A stretch of 40,826 nt of DNA from a virus (lineage: Duplodnaviria; Caudoviricetes), in the IMG/VR virus record IMGVR_UViG_3300044454_000113, positions 1 through 40,826 of that record. One strand, given 5' to 3'. The translations under genes and the position numbers were made by a program. The notes beneath the pieces are model-generated. The model did no database searches. It saw only the letters and a program-made list of their open reading frames with translations, and was not told the DNA's origin. This document shows positions 17,019 to 26,231 of this stretch, in pieces (within the stretch, counting starts at the first letter, position 1; each line of letters begins with the position of its first letter).

Positions 17019-17212
17019 CGGAGCTCCTGGCGGCCCTCGCGGCGCTCAAGTCCGTCTCGGATGCGATGAAGGCCGGGATCGACCTCACGGCCGAGGCCCG
17101 GAAGAAACACGCCGACGAGCTCGATGCCGCGTTCGACGCGATCGTCGAGCACATGAAAACCATCAACGCCGCCGGCCCGACGCCTCCGCCCGGGCCCATC
17201 CAGAAGGGATAA
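17015..17212 (+). CDS. Small amphipathic helical protein
   Basis: GTGA overlap; MTELLAALAALKSVSDAMKAG... Confidence 0.6.
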   Translation: MTELLAALAALKSVSDAMKAGIDLTAEARKKHADELDAAFDAIVEHMKTINAAGPTPPPGPIQKG

Positions 17213-17214
17213 CC

Positions 17215-17409
17215 ATGGCGCTCACTCTCACCGAAGCTCTCGCCGATCTCGGCCCGGCCCTCGCGCTCGTCGAGAAGTCCCAGGAAATCATCGCCGCCGT
17301 CCCGGCGAAGGACGTCGCAAAGCCGAGCGACTACGTCAAGGCGGTCGCGTCGATCCTCCTCGCTGCCGGCCCGCTCGCCGACGCCGTCGCCGACCAGGTG
17401 AAGTCATGA
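17215..17409 (+). CDS. Small amphipathic helical protein
   Basis: AAGGGA upstream; Ala/Leu-rich, 64 aa. Confidence 0.65.
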   Translation: MALTLTEALADLGPALALVEKSQEIIAAVPAKDVAKPSDYVKAVASILLAAGPLADAVADQVKS

Positions 17410-17567
17410 TCGAGGCCCTCGTCGCCTTCGTCCTGGCCGTTCTCATCATCGCCGTCTTCCACGGTCCGGCCTGGGCCGTGACGCTCGGGGCATTCGGCGG
17501 CCTCGGGTTCTCTCTCTACGTTCTCATCCTCGTCGTCGAGTGGATCGTCGGGCGGCTCAAGAGCTAA
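17406..17567 (+). CDS. 53-aa two-TM membrane protein, holin candidate (not in ORF track)
   Basis: MIEALVAFVLAVLIIAVFHGPAWAVTLGAFGGLGFSLYVLILVVEWIVGRLKS; ATGA overlap. Confidence 0.6.
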   Translation: MIEALVAFVLAVLIIAVFHGPAWAVTLGAFGGLGFSLYVLILVVEWIVGRLKS

Positions 17568-17571
17568 GACG

Positions 17572-17883
17572 ATGGGCGAGATTCTCAAGGACGCCGGGTA
17601 CAAGGTCGCGACGTGGGCGGTCAACGCCATCTGTTCGCATCCCGAAATCGTTGGCATTCTGCTGTCGATCTTCGTGATCGCGACGCTGGTGAACACGGGC
17701 ATCAAGTTCGCCTGGACGTATGCCGAGACGCCGCGATGGGCCCGGTTCGTCCTTGGGTTCACGATGCCGCTCGCCCTGAACTTCTACCACTTCGGCGAGA
17801 AGGTTGGGATTCAGGAACCGACCGCGCCCTGTGTCTCGGCGTCGGCCGTCGCCGACGCCGTAAAGCGGGACGAATTGAAATGA
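17572..17883 (+). CDS. Two-TM membrane protein, holin candidate
   Basis: Hydrophobic segments IVGILLSIFVIATLV and WARFVLGFTMPLALNF; charged C-tail. Confidence 0.6.
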   Translation: MGEILKDAGYKVATWAVNAICSHPEIVGILLSIFVIATLVNTGIKFAWTYAETPRWARFVLGFTMPLALNFYHFGEKVGIQEPTAPCVSASAVADAVKRDELK

Positions 17884-18263
17884 CGGAGCAGCGCGCCGAG
17901 CCGATCGAGACGCGGACGCACACGACCGCGGCCTACGAAACGGATACGTTCGGGAGTCTGCCATCCGGCCCATCCGGGACGCGGAAGACGGACCTGGGCG
18001 TCCTGACGTCGTTCCGCGTCGTGACGATCGTCGCCGGTGCGCTCACTCCGTTCGTCCTGATCACGCTGTTCGTCGCGAAGCTGATGATGAGCGACGCGAA
18101 CACCGAGCAGGACCGTCGGCTCCGTCTGGACTTCGTCGAGCGGAACGAGTTCAACGCCTGGAAGGACGACGTGAAGCGCCAGCTCGAAGAGATCAAAACG
18201 AACCAGCGAATCCTCCAGGAAACGCAGAACCAGATTCTCATCGAGATTCGGAAGTCGAGGTAA
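17880..18263 (+). CDS. Single-TM plus coiled-coil protein (lysis-associated candidate)
   Basis: VVTIVAGALTPFVLITLFVA then heptads VKRQLEEIKTNQRILQETQNQILIEI. Confidence 0.6.
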   Translation: MTEQRAEPIETRTHTTAAYETDTFGSLPSGPSGTRKTDLGVLTSFRVVTIVAGALTPFVLITLFVAKLMMSDANTEQDRRLRLDFVERNEFNAWKDDVKRQLEEIKTNQRILQETQNQILIEIRKSR

Positions 18264-18267
18264 CACG

Positions 18268-18666
18268 ATGGCGGTCCAATACTCGGTCACGCTCCGAAAC
18301 AACCGGCTCGATCAGATCGAGTCGACGACCGGCACGGCCGCGCGGCTCCTGATCTACTCCGGCGCCGTCCCGGCCAACTGCGCGGCGGCCGACCCGGCGG
18401 GGCTACTCGCGACACTCGTCCTGCCTTCGGACTGGATGAATGCCGCGTCCGGCGGACAGAAGACGCTTCTCGGCTCCTGGACGGTCGCCGCGTCCGGCAC
18501 CGGCACAGCGCAGTCCTTCCGCATCAAGGACTCCGGGCTCACGACCTGCCACATGCAGGGCACGTGCGCGACCGGCGGCGGCGATCTCTCACTCGACAAC
18601 GCGTCGATCACGGCCGGCCAGACGGTCACGGTGACGGCGTTCACTCTCACCGATGGAAACGCATAA
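18268..18666 (+). CDS. Conserved small virion/fibre-associated protein
   Basis: RNNRLD..LLIYSG.VPA...LLATL...GTA..FRI...G...GDL.LDN..I.AGQ.V pattern, common beside phage fibre genes. Confidence 0.65.
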   Translation: MAVQYSVTLRNNRLDQIESTTGTAARLLIYSGAVPANCAAADPAGLLATLVLPSDWMNAASGGQKTLLGSWTVAASGTGTAQSFRIKDSGLTTCHMQGTCATGGGDLSLDNASITAGQTVTVTAFTLTDGNA

Positions 18667-18677
18667 AGGGGGAGCCG

Positions 18678-19106
18678 ATGGCGCTCTATTCACTCGCAAA
18701 CAGAACGACGAACGTCACGACGAACAACGCGACGATCGAGCTGATCGCCGGCGCCACCCACCGCTTCCGGCTCCTCGAGACGGGTGTCTTCATGGCGGCG
18801 GCGACGGCATCCGTCTTCGCGTTCGGCCGGCCCGCGGCGGCCGGGATCACGCCGACGACGCCGATCCTGCTCCTGCCGGAAGAGACGGCCGACGCGAATC
18901 CGGAGTGCAAGACGGCGCTCGCGTGGGGCACGTCGCCGACGCCTCCGACGGCCGCGATGAGACGGCTAAACCTCCCGGGCACGATCGGCGCCGGCGTGAT
19001 CCTGACGTTCCCGCGCGGGATCACCGTCGCCGTGAACGCGACGCTCGTCCACGAGAACGTCGGCGCCACCGGCGTCTCCGACATCTACTTTGTCGCAGAT
19101 GAGTAG
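18678..19106 (+). CDS. Putative virion beta-sandwich protein (paralog of 19338-19772)
   Basis: GGGGAG RBS; shares RLLE.G.F, EETAD, W...PT.PT...RR, FPRG with the paralog. Confidence 0.65.
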   Translation: MALYSLANRTTNVTTNNATIELIAGATHRFRLLETGVFMAAATASVFAFGRPAAAGITPTTPILLLPEETADANPECKTALAWGTSPTPPTAAMRRLNLPGTIGAGVILTFPRGITVAVNATLVHENVGATGVSDIYFVADE

Positions 19107-19337
19107 ATGGCCGTGAAGGAGTTCGTCTGCTCGCGGTGTTACCAGGCATTCATGTTGCCCGATAAGACCTCCTGGCTCACCGGCGAGCGGATGCCGTGCC
19201 CATTCTGCAAGTCGCGTGACACATCGCCGATGCTCTCGCTGAAAGTCGACGGGCGTCGCCTCGAGGCGTACACGTTCCGGACCCGCGAGGAGCTCGAGCG
19301 GACGCGCGAGAGTCTCGTCGCGCCGGGAGGGGGATAG
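19107..19337 (+). CDS. Small zinc-ribbon protein
   Basis: CSRC...CPFC. Confidence 0.65.
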   Translation: MAVKEFVCSRCYQAFMLPDKTSWLTGERMPCPFCKSRDTSPMLSLKVDGRRLEAYTFRTREELERTRESLVAPGGG

Positions 19338-19772
19338 ATGGCTCGTTACGATCTCGGGTTCGCGACGCTCGACGGGACCGTCTCGCTCCCGTGCGCGGAG
19401 ATCCGCTCGACATCCTCGGACAAACCCCGACTTCTCGAAATCGGGATGTTCCAGGTCGCGGCTGCGGCCTCGGCGCTGAACATCGGGATCGGTACACCCG
19501 CGGCGCTCGGCGTCGGCCCGATCTCCCCGGCGAAAATGCTCCAAGAGGAGACGGCGGATCCGGCCTCGCCGGTTCTCATCGCAACCCAATGGTCCGTCAA
19601 GCCGACCTCGCCGACGAATTTCTATCGCCGCGTCGGCGCCGCGACCGGGGTTGGCAACGGCCTCATGATCGGATTCCCGCGCGGCCTCTCGATCCCCGTC
19701 TCGAGCTCGATCGTCTTTTGGAATGTCCTCGCGAACTCCCTCCTCAACTGCTACGTGACGATTGGAGAATGA
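19338..19772 (+). CDS. Putative virion beta-sandwich protein (paralog of 18678-19106)
   Basis: GGAGG RBS; see paralog. Confidence 0.65.
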   Translation: MARYDLGFATLDGTVSLPCAEIRSTSSDKPRLLEIGMFQVAAAASALNIGIGTPAALGVGPISPAKMLQEETADPASPVLIATQWSVKPTSPTNFYRRVGAATGVGNGLMIGFPRGLSIPVSSSIVFWNVLANSLLNCYVTIGE

Positions 19773-19776
19773 CGGC

Positions 19777-20253
19777 GTGTCTCATACCGTCGCCCGGCTG
19801 CTCTCGGTTGCGATCACGCGGCAGGATGACCGCGAGCTGGAGTATCAGGTCGGCGATCCCGTCGTCTCCGAGGGTCTCAACTTCCATCCGCCATGGGTGG
19901 ACCCGATCATCTTCGTCGGCGAGATGTACGACGGCGCCGGCGGGGTCGGAGGAGTGATCACGCTCTCGCCGGTGTGGGACGACCGCATCCGGTACGGCGG
20001 CTACTCGAACTTCCCGTATCGCATCCGCGGCGTCGTCAACGACTCGGTAGGCAACCCGATCACGAATGCGGTCTGCTCTCTGTTCCGCACCAGCGACGAC
20101 GCATGGATGTATGACGCGGTCTCGCAACCGCCGGACGGTCAGTACGACTTCGGCGTCCCGGACAACGTGACGACCTACTACGTGGTCGCCTTCGATCTCG
20201 GCGGCGCTCGGCAGGGAGTCACGGTCAACACGCTCACGGGGGTCACGGACTGA
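19777..20253 (+). CDS. Protein with C-terminal carboxypeptidase-regulatory/transthyretin-like domain
   Basis: IRGVVNDSVGNPITNAVCSLFR...DGQYDF...YYVVA; GTG 19777 after GGAG (TTG 19762 is an alternative start). Confidence 0.6.
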   Translation: MSHTVARLLSVAITRQDDRELEYQVGDPVVSEGLNFHPPWVDPIIFVGEMYDGAGGVGGVITLSPVWDDRIRYGGYSNFPYRIRGVVNDSVGNPITNAVCSLFRTSDDAWMYDAVSQPPDGQYDFGVPDNVTTYYVVAFDLGGARQGVTVNTLTGVTD

Positions 20254-20999
20254 TGGCTCTGAACACCGTCACGCTCGACGCCGGGAACGCAACCGCGACG
20301 ACGGTCGTCCTCCGCTCGAGGCCGAACCCGCTCGCGGCGGCCGCTGCCGTCGTCATCGCGCTGTTTGCGGGCGCGGGCTCGCCGACGACGGTCGTCCTCC
20401 GTCCCGTCGGCGCCTCGACGTTCTCCCGCGGGGCCCTCGCGACGACGAACGACGCGACGACGCTCGCCGGGACCGGAACGGTCACGGGCGGCGGCGGGGG
20501 CGTCAACGGGCAGCTCAACGCGACGAATGCGAGCACGACACTCGCCGGCACCGGGACCGTCCTCGTCACCGGATCCCTCGCGAAAACGAACGCGGACGCG
20601 ACGCTCGGAGGGACGGGAACCGTCCTCGTCTCGGGCAGCCTCGCTCAGACGAACGCGGCGTCGACCCTCGCCGGCCTGGCTGGGATCCGCGTCGGGGGCA
20701 CCCTTGGGACGACGAATGCCGGGACGACGCTGGCCGGCGCGGGGGCCGTCGCGGTCGCGGCCTCGCTCTCGAGCTCGCTGGACGCCTCAACGCTCGCCGG
20801 CACCGGGACCGTGTCGGGCGGAGCCGGACCGCGAACGGCGACGCTGTCCGCGATTCTCGACGACACGACACTCTCGGCGGCCGGACACGTCCCGGTCGTC
20901 CGCACGGGCTCTCCGAGGTTCTCGCCGAGGAGTCCAGGGCTCGCGGTGCCCGCATCGTTGCGGCGATTCACCAGGAGACATTCATGGCCGAAATACTGA
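20253..20999 (+). CDS. Fibre-like protein with ~23-aa repeats
   Basis: About seven G.L..TN...TL.G.G.V units; basic C-terminal tail. Confidence 0.7.
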   Translation: MALNTVTLDAGNATATTVVLRSRPNPLAAAAAVVIALFAGAGSPTTVVLRPVGASTFSRGALATTNDATTLAGTGTVTGGGGGVNGQLNATNASTTLAGTGTVLVTGSLAKTNADATLGGTGTVLVSGSLAQTNAASTLAGLAGIRVGGTLGTTNAGTTLAGAGAVAVAASLSSSLDASTLAGTGTVSGGAGPRTATLSAILDDTTLSAAGHVPVVRTGSPRFSPRSPGLAVPASLRRFTRRHSWPKY

Positions 21000-21022
21000 A
21001 GGGATCGAAAAAGGTGAGATGA

Positions 21023-24000
21023 ATGACCAGCAAGCCGTCGCGTGAAGCGCGACGGAAGGGCTCCTCGGTCGGCGAGATTCATCGCCGGAGCCTTTCCGTC
21101 ACGCTTCTCGCTCTCCTCGGAATCTCCGGCCTCTTCGTTCCCGCTGGATCTGCGTTCGCCCAGGTCCCGGCAACCTGCGTCATTTCGGGGACGGTCCTCA
21201 CGGGCGGCGTCACGCCCGTCCCGAACACGAACGTCCGGATCCGGACCGTCTCGCCGACGGCCGTCGGGAACTACGGGATCACGACGAACGACCTGACGAC
21301 GACGACGGACGTCAACGGCGTCTGGAGCCTGACGGTCATCCAGGGCCTCAAGGCACAGATCGACATCCCGGCCGTTGGGATCGCGAACGACATCATCGTC
21401 CCGACCGGAGTCTCCTGCCCGGCCGCCTTTGGGTCGCTCACCCTCTACACGCGCGGCACGCAGACGCCGGCGACGATCATCTCGAACGCCGGGCCGAGCA
21501 TGGGCGGAGACCTCATCGGGACGTCTCCGAACCCGTCCGTCATCGCTCTCCGCGGCCAGGCGCTTGCGGCCGGCAACTGTACGAACGGCCAGGCGCGGGT
21601 CTACTCGAGCGGCTCGAGCTCCTATACCTGCCAGACGGTCACGGCCGGATCGAGCGTCACGTCGATCACCGGGGGGACCGGGATCTCCGTCACCGGCACG
21701 GCGACGGTCCCGATCGTCGGGATCTCGGCCGGCGGCGTCACGTCGACGCAGCTCGGGACCGGGGCCGCCGCGGCGAACCTCGGGGCCGCGGGCGGGGCCC
21801 TGACCGGAACCTATCCCTCACCGACCCTTGCGGCGGGCGTCGCGTCGACGAACGTTGGCGCCCTGGGCGGCGATCTCTCAGGGACCTTGCCGTCGCCCTC
21901 GGTTGCGACGGTCGGGGGCCAGACGGCCGCGAACGTCGCCGCCGGGGCCGTCCTGGCAAACGCCTCAACGACCGCAAATACGGGCGGGACGATCGTCCGC
22001 CGCGACGGGTCCGGCAACTTCAACGCCGGCACGGTCACCGGCGCCCTGGCCGGGAACGCCACGACCGCGACGACCCTCTCCTCGACGCTCACGGGCGACG
22101 CGAGCTCGGCCGGGAACGCCGTCACGGTGACGGGCCTCCGCGGGCGGCCGCTCGGGAACACGGCGCCGACGTCGAACCAGGTGCTCTCCTGGACCGGTTC
22201 GGCCTGGGACGCCGCGTCTGCGGTCGGGACCGTGACGTCCGTCGCCGCGTCCGGCGGCGCGACCGGAATGTCGTTCTCGGGTTCGCCCGTCACGTCGGCG
22301 GGAACCCTGACGCTCGCCGGGACGCTCGGAATCGGCTTCGGGGGCACCGGGCAGACCTCGCCGAACGCCGGATTCAACGCCCTCTCGCCGATGACGACCG
22401 TCGGCGACACGATCTATGAGGGGACCGGCCCTATCGCGGCGCGTCTCGCCGGCAACGCGAGCTCGACGAAGAACTTCCTGACCTCTACGGGCTCAGCCGG
22501 CCTCGCGACGGCTCCGGCCTGGGGAACGATCGTCGCGGCTGACCTCCCGGCCTCGATCACGTCGAACACGTCCGGGACGGCCGCCGGCCTCTCGGTGACG
22601 CTCGCGCTCGGCTCTGGAGGAACCGGCCAGACCTCGGCCGCGAACGCGTTCAATGCGCTCTCACCGACGACGACGACCGGGGACATCTCCTACGCGAACG
22701 GCGCGGGGACGAACACTCGGCTCGCCGGCAACTCCACGACCGCCCGGCAGTTCTTGCTCTCCCAGGGGACCGGCGCGGCCGCCCAGGCGCCCTCGTGGAC
22801 CGCGCTCGTCTCGGGCGACATTCCGGCGAACGCGGCGAACACTAGCGGCTCGGCTGGATCGCTCTCCGCGACGCTCGGCGTCGCGACCGGCGGGACCGGC
22901 GCGACGACCTTCGCGGCGGGAGTCCTTCACGCCTCCGGGACCTCGGCGTTCACGTCCTCGACCGTGGCTCTCGGCTCCGAAGTGTCCGGGCAGCTCCCGA
23001 TCGGGTCGGGCGGAACCGGGCAAGCGAGCGCGGGCGCGGCCTATAACGCCCTCGCACCCACGACGACCGCGGGCGACTTCGCCTATGCAAACGGAGCGGG
23101 GACGAACACCCGTCTGGCCGGGAACGCGACCGCAACGAAGATGTTTATGCAGGAGACGTCTTCGGTCCCGACATGGGCGGCCCTCGTCGCCGGAGACATC
23201 CCGAACCTTCCGGCGACGATCCTGACCTCGGGCACTGTCGCGACCGCGCAACTCCCGACTCTTGCGGGCGACGTGACGGGGACGATCGTCGCGAACACCG
23301 TCGGGAAGATTCAGGGCCGGACCGTCGTCGCGACGGCGCCGAGCGATCTTCAGTATCTCGGCTGGAATAACGGCTCGTCACAGTGGGAGCCGAAGACGAT
23401 CGGCGCGAGCGCGGTTACCCAGGTGAGCGGCTCGGGCGGGTCGACGGGCCTGACGTTGACCGGCGGCCCGACCGGCGCCGTCACGTTGACGCTCGGCGGG
23501 ACCTTGGCCGTCGCGAATGGCGGCACCGGGCAGACAACTGCCGCGGCGGCGTTCAACGGTCTCAGCCCGATCACGACCCTCGGCGACACCATCTATGGCT
23601 CGGCCTCGAACACGTCGAGCCGCCTCGCGGGGAATACGACGACGACGCGCAAGTTCATGCGCCAGACGGGCGATGGTGCCAACTCTGCCGCGCCCGCGTG
23701 GGACACGCTCGTCGCCGGCGACGTTCCGGCATTGGATGCGTCGAAGATCACGACAGGCTCGCTGATCGTCGCCCAGGGCGGAACGGGCGCCGCGACGCTC
23801 GCTGCCGGCGTCATTCACGGGAACGGAACGTCGGCGCTCACGAGCTCGGCCGTCGTGCTGTCGGGCGCCGAGGTTTCCGGACAACTCGGGCTGGCGAACG
23901 GCGGGACAGGGCAGGCGACGGCGAACCTGGCGCTCAACGCGCTCCTCCCGTCACAAGGCGGAAACAACGGGAAGGTCCTCAAGACTGACGGATCGAATAC

Positions 24001-26218
24001 GTCCTGGTCTGCGACCGGCGTCGGCGATCTCCTCGCGAACGGATCGGTCCCGCTTACGGCCGCGTGGGTCATGGGCAACTTCAAGATTACGGCCCAAAAT
24101 ACGCGGACCCTCTTCAACGTCATCTCCTATGGCGCGGTCGGGAACGGTGCGACCGACGACACGGCCTCGATCAATAACGCGATCGCTGCGGCGGCCGCTG
24201 CGGGGGGCGGAACAGTCTATTTCCCGAAAGGCGTCTACAAGATCACGTCGACCCTGAACGTGGGCGACGGCTCGGCGGCCGGGAGGTCGAGTTATCACAA
24301 CGTCCGCCTCGAGGGCGATGGCGGCCCGACGAACAACGGGACGATTGCTCAAGCGGTGTCAGTTCTCCAATGGCAAGGCGCCGCCTCCGGCGTGATGGTT
24401 AACGTCAAGGGGCCGATCTCCGGGACGAACATGGCGAATCTGTTCTTCGACGCGAACGCGACGGCGGCAACGTGTCTCAGAACCGACCATATGGCCGACT
24501 CGGCGATGAGCAATCTCTACTGTTCGCAACCGACGGGCGAGGGGATCATCGTAACGGCCTATCCGAACCCGACCGGCGTCGTGGATGGCGCGAATGAAAA
24601 TATTTGGTCGAATCTTCGCGTTGTCGCGACGTCGGGCGCCGGAGTAACGGGCGTTCGGATCGGCGAGTCTACGACCGGCGGCGGCGCTCATCTCGACGTC
24701 GCTCAAAACGTGTTCGTCGGTCTGAACATGAGGATCCAAGGCGTGCCGGCGACGGGCCTCAAATTGCAATTCACCGACGCGTCGTTCTTCTATGGGTCGA
24801 CCATCTCGGCGAACGTCCCGGTCGATATCGTCCCGGTAACGGGAAACCTCGCGTTCCCGGGAGCGATCGAATTTAGCGGTTTCACCGGATCGAACACTTA
24901 CACGATCTCGAACGCGACGAACGCGACGCCGATCGTCGTCACGACGACGACGGCGCACGGGCAGCGGATCGGCGATTGGGTCGCGATCAGCGGCGTCAAC
25001 GGGAACACGGCGGCCAATGGTTCGTGGAAACTCCTCGCCGCCTCCGGGACGTCGATGACGCTCGGGACCGCATCCGGCGGTAACTCTGTCGGGAACGGCG
25101 CCTATACGTTCGGCGGGACCGTACAGGGCTCAGGCTTTCAGGAAACGACGGGGACGTGGACCGCCGGCACGCTAAACACGGCGCCCGGAATCTTCTGTCC
25201 GGGCCTCAACCCGGAGGGATGGGACAACTTCCTCTCGGCGCCTCCGCCCGCGCTCCGCGGCCTCAAGGGATTCATGACGAACGGGCAGGCGTTCGGCGTC
25301 GAGTTCATGAAGCTCGGCTACAACCCGGTCACGCCGGCCCCGATCCGCACCGACACGGTGCTCCAACTCGTCTCGCCGGATTCCTCGATGACGCCGCTAG
25401 AGCTCGGCTCGTTTGGCACCTTGTTCCCAATGATTGCAATGCGCCGCACTCGCGGCACGGCGCTCGCGCCAACGGCGACTCAATCGGGCGACACGTTGGG
25501 CGCGATGCTCGGCTACGGATACGGGGCGACGGGCAACGGCGGCACAAGCGCGGCCGGAATGTATTTGCAAACTGCCGAGAATTGGACTGACGCGGCGCAC
25601 GGTGCGAAGGTCGTCATCGTCACGACGCCGAGCGCCGGGACGGCAACGTCCAACTCTCTGACGGTCGAGAACGACGGCCAAATGACGAACATCGTCAAGG
25701 GCCTGTCGGGGAAAACGCCGATCGTCATCTTTACGCAAACCGCCGATAAGGTCACGACGGCGAATACCGACACGACGCTGTTCTCGACCGGGACCGGGAC
25801 GCTCACGCTCCCGGCGAATTTCCTCGCCGCGGGCCGAATGATAAAGGTCACGATGGCGGGATTCGTAAGCGTCGCCGACGGCGGCGCCGGAACGAAGACG
25901 CTCAACCTCAAGCTAGGCGCGACGTCGATCGCGAGCGGGTCGAGCATCGCGACGCAAACGACCGTCGCAAACCAATTTTGGACGGCGACGGCCGTTATCA
26001 CTTGTCGCACGACCGGCGCCGGCGGGACGGTCGTCGGATACGCCGATTGGGACGGGAACATCGCGGCCTCGACGGCGCGCTACGGCCTCCGCGTCGGCTC
26101 GCTCGCCCCTGTCACCGTGAACACGACGGGCACGCTCGCGATCGACCTCATCTACAACAACGGGAACGCAACCGGGACGCTCACGACGACAAACGCCGTC
26201 GTCGAAGTCTTTAACTAA
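21023..26218 (+). CDS. 1731-aa fibre/adhesin-like protein with N-terminal signal peptide, GGTG repeats, pectate-lyase-like beta-helix and beta-sandwich tip
   Basis: Signal ...RRSLSVTLLALLGISGLFVPAGSAFA|Q; L...GGTG repeats; FNVISYGAVGNGATDDT..VYFPKG.Y; RGT..APT..QSGD.LG motif. Confidence 0.85.
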   Translation: MTSKPSREARRKGSSVGEIHRRSLSVTLLALLGISGLFVPAGSAFAQVPATCVISGTVLTGGVTPVPNTNVRIRTVSPTAVGNYGITTNDLTTTTDVNGVWSLTVIQGLKAQIDIPAVGIANDIIVPTGVSCPAAFGSLTLYTRGTQTPATIISNAGPSMGGDLIGTSPNPSVIALRGQALAAGNCTNGQARVYSSGSSSYTCQTVTAGSSVTSITGGTGISVTGTATVPIVGISAGGVTSTQLGTGAAAANLGAAGGALTGTYPSPTLAAGVASTNVGALGGDLSGTLPSPSVATVGGQTAANVAAGAVLANASTTANTGGTIVRRDGSGNFNAGTVTGALAGNATTATTLSSTLTGDASSAGNAVTVTGLRGRPLGNTAPTSNQVLSWTGSAWDAASAVGTVTSVAASGGATGMSFSGSPVTSAGTLTLAGTLGIGFGGTGQTSPNAGFNALSPMTTVGDTIYEGTGPIAARLAGNASSTKNFLTSTGSAGLATAPAWGTIVAADLPASITSNTSGTAAGLSVTLALGSGGTGQTSAANAFNALSPTTTTGDISYANGAGTNTRLAGNSTTARQFLLSQGTGAAAQAPSWTALVSGDIPANAANTSGSAGSLSATLGVATGGTGATTFAAGVLHASGTSAFTSSTVALGSEVSGQLPIGSGGTGQASAGAAYNALAPTTTAGDFAYANGAGTNTRLAGNATATKMFMQETSSVPTWAALVAGDIPNLPATILTSGTVATAQLPTLAGDVTGTIVANTVGKIQGRTVVATAPSDLQYLGWNNGSSQWEPKTIGASAVTQVSGSGGSTGLTLTGGPTGAVTLTLGGTLAVANGGTGQTTAAAAFNGLSPITTLGDTIYGSASNTSSRLAGNTTTTRKFMRQTGDGANSAAPAWDTLVAGDVPALDASKITTGSLIVAQGGTGAATLAAGVIHGNGTSALTSSAVVLSGAEVSGQLGLANGGTGQATANLALNALLPSQGGNNGKVLKTDGSNTSWSATGVGDLLANGSVPLTAAWVMGNFKITAQNTRTLFNVISYGAVGNGATDDTASINNAIAAAAAAGGGTVYFPKGVYKITSTLNVGDGSAAGRSSYHNVRLEGDGGPTNNGTIAQAVSVLQWQGAASGVMVNVKGPISGTNMANLFFDANATAATCLRTDHMADSAMSNLYCSQPTGEGIIVTAYPNPTGVVDGANENIWSNLRVVATSGAGVTGVRIGESTTGGGAHLDVAQNVFVGLNMRIQGVPATGLKLQFTDASFFYGSTISANVPVDIVPVTGNLAFPGAIEFSGFTGSNTYTISNATNATPIVVTTTTAHGQRIGDWVAISGVNGNTAANGSWKLLAASGTSMTLGTASGGNSVGNGAYTFGGTVQGSGFQETTGTWTAGTLNTAPGIFCPGLNPEGWDNFLSAPPPALRGLKGFMTNGQAFGVEFMKLGYNPVTPAPIRTDTVLQLVSPDSSMTPLELGSFGTLFPMIAMRRTRGTALAPTATQSGDTLGAMLGYGYGATGNGGTSAAGMYLQTAENWTDAAHGAKVVIVTTPSAGTATSNSLTVENDGQMTNIVKGLSGKTPIVIFTQTADKVTTANTDTTLFSTGTGTLTLPANFLAAGRMIKVTMAGFVSVADGGAGTKTLNLKLGATSIASGSSIATQTTVANQFWTATAVITCRTTGAGGTVVGYADWDGNIAASTARYGLRVGSLAPVTVNTTGTLAIDLIYNNGNATGTLTTTNAVVEVFN

Positions 26219-26231
26219 CCCGAAAGAGGAG

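Noticed and set aside
20296-20401. 19-bp direct repeat CGACGACGGTCGTCCTCCG as a recombination site
   Set aside because: Encodes a duplicated TTVVLR peptide in the same frame; no invertase or other support for a DNA-level role.
21019-21045. 8-aa ORF MNDQQAVA overlapping the fibre start
   Set aside because: Its ATG is only 2 nt from the RBS, whereas ATG 21023 has proper spacing; probably incidental.
22300-23950. DGR template/variable repeat pair in the fibre gene
   Set aside because: Copies differ mainly at synonymous positions rather than adenines, all are coding, and no RT is present.
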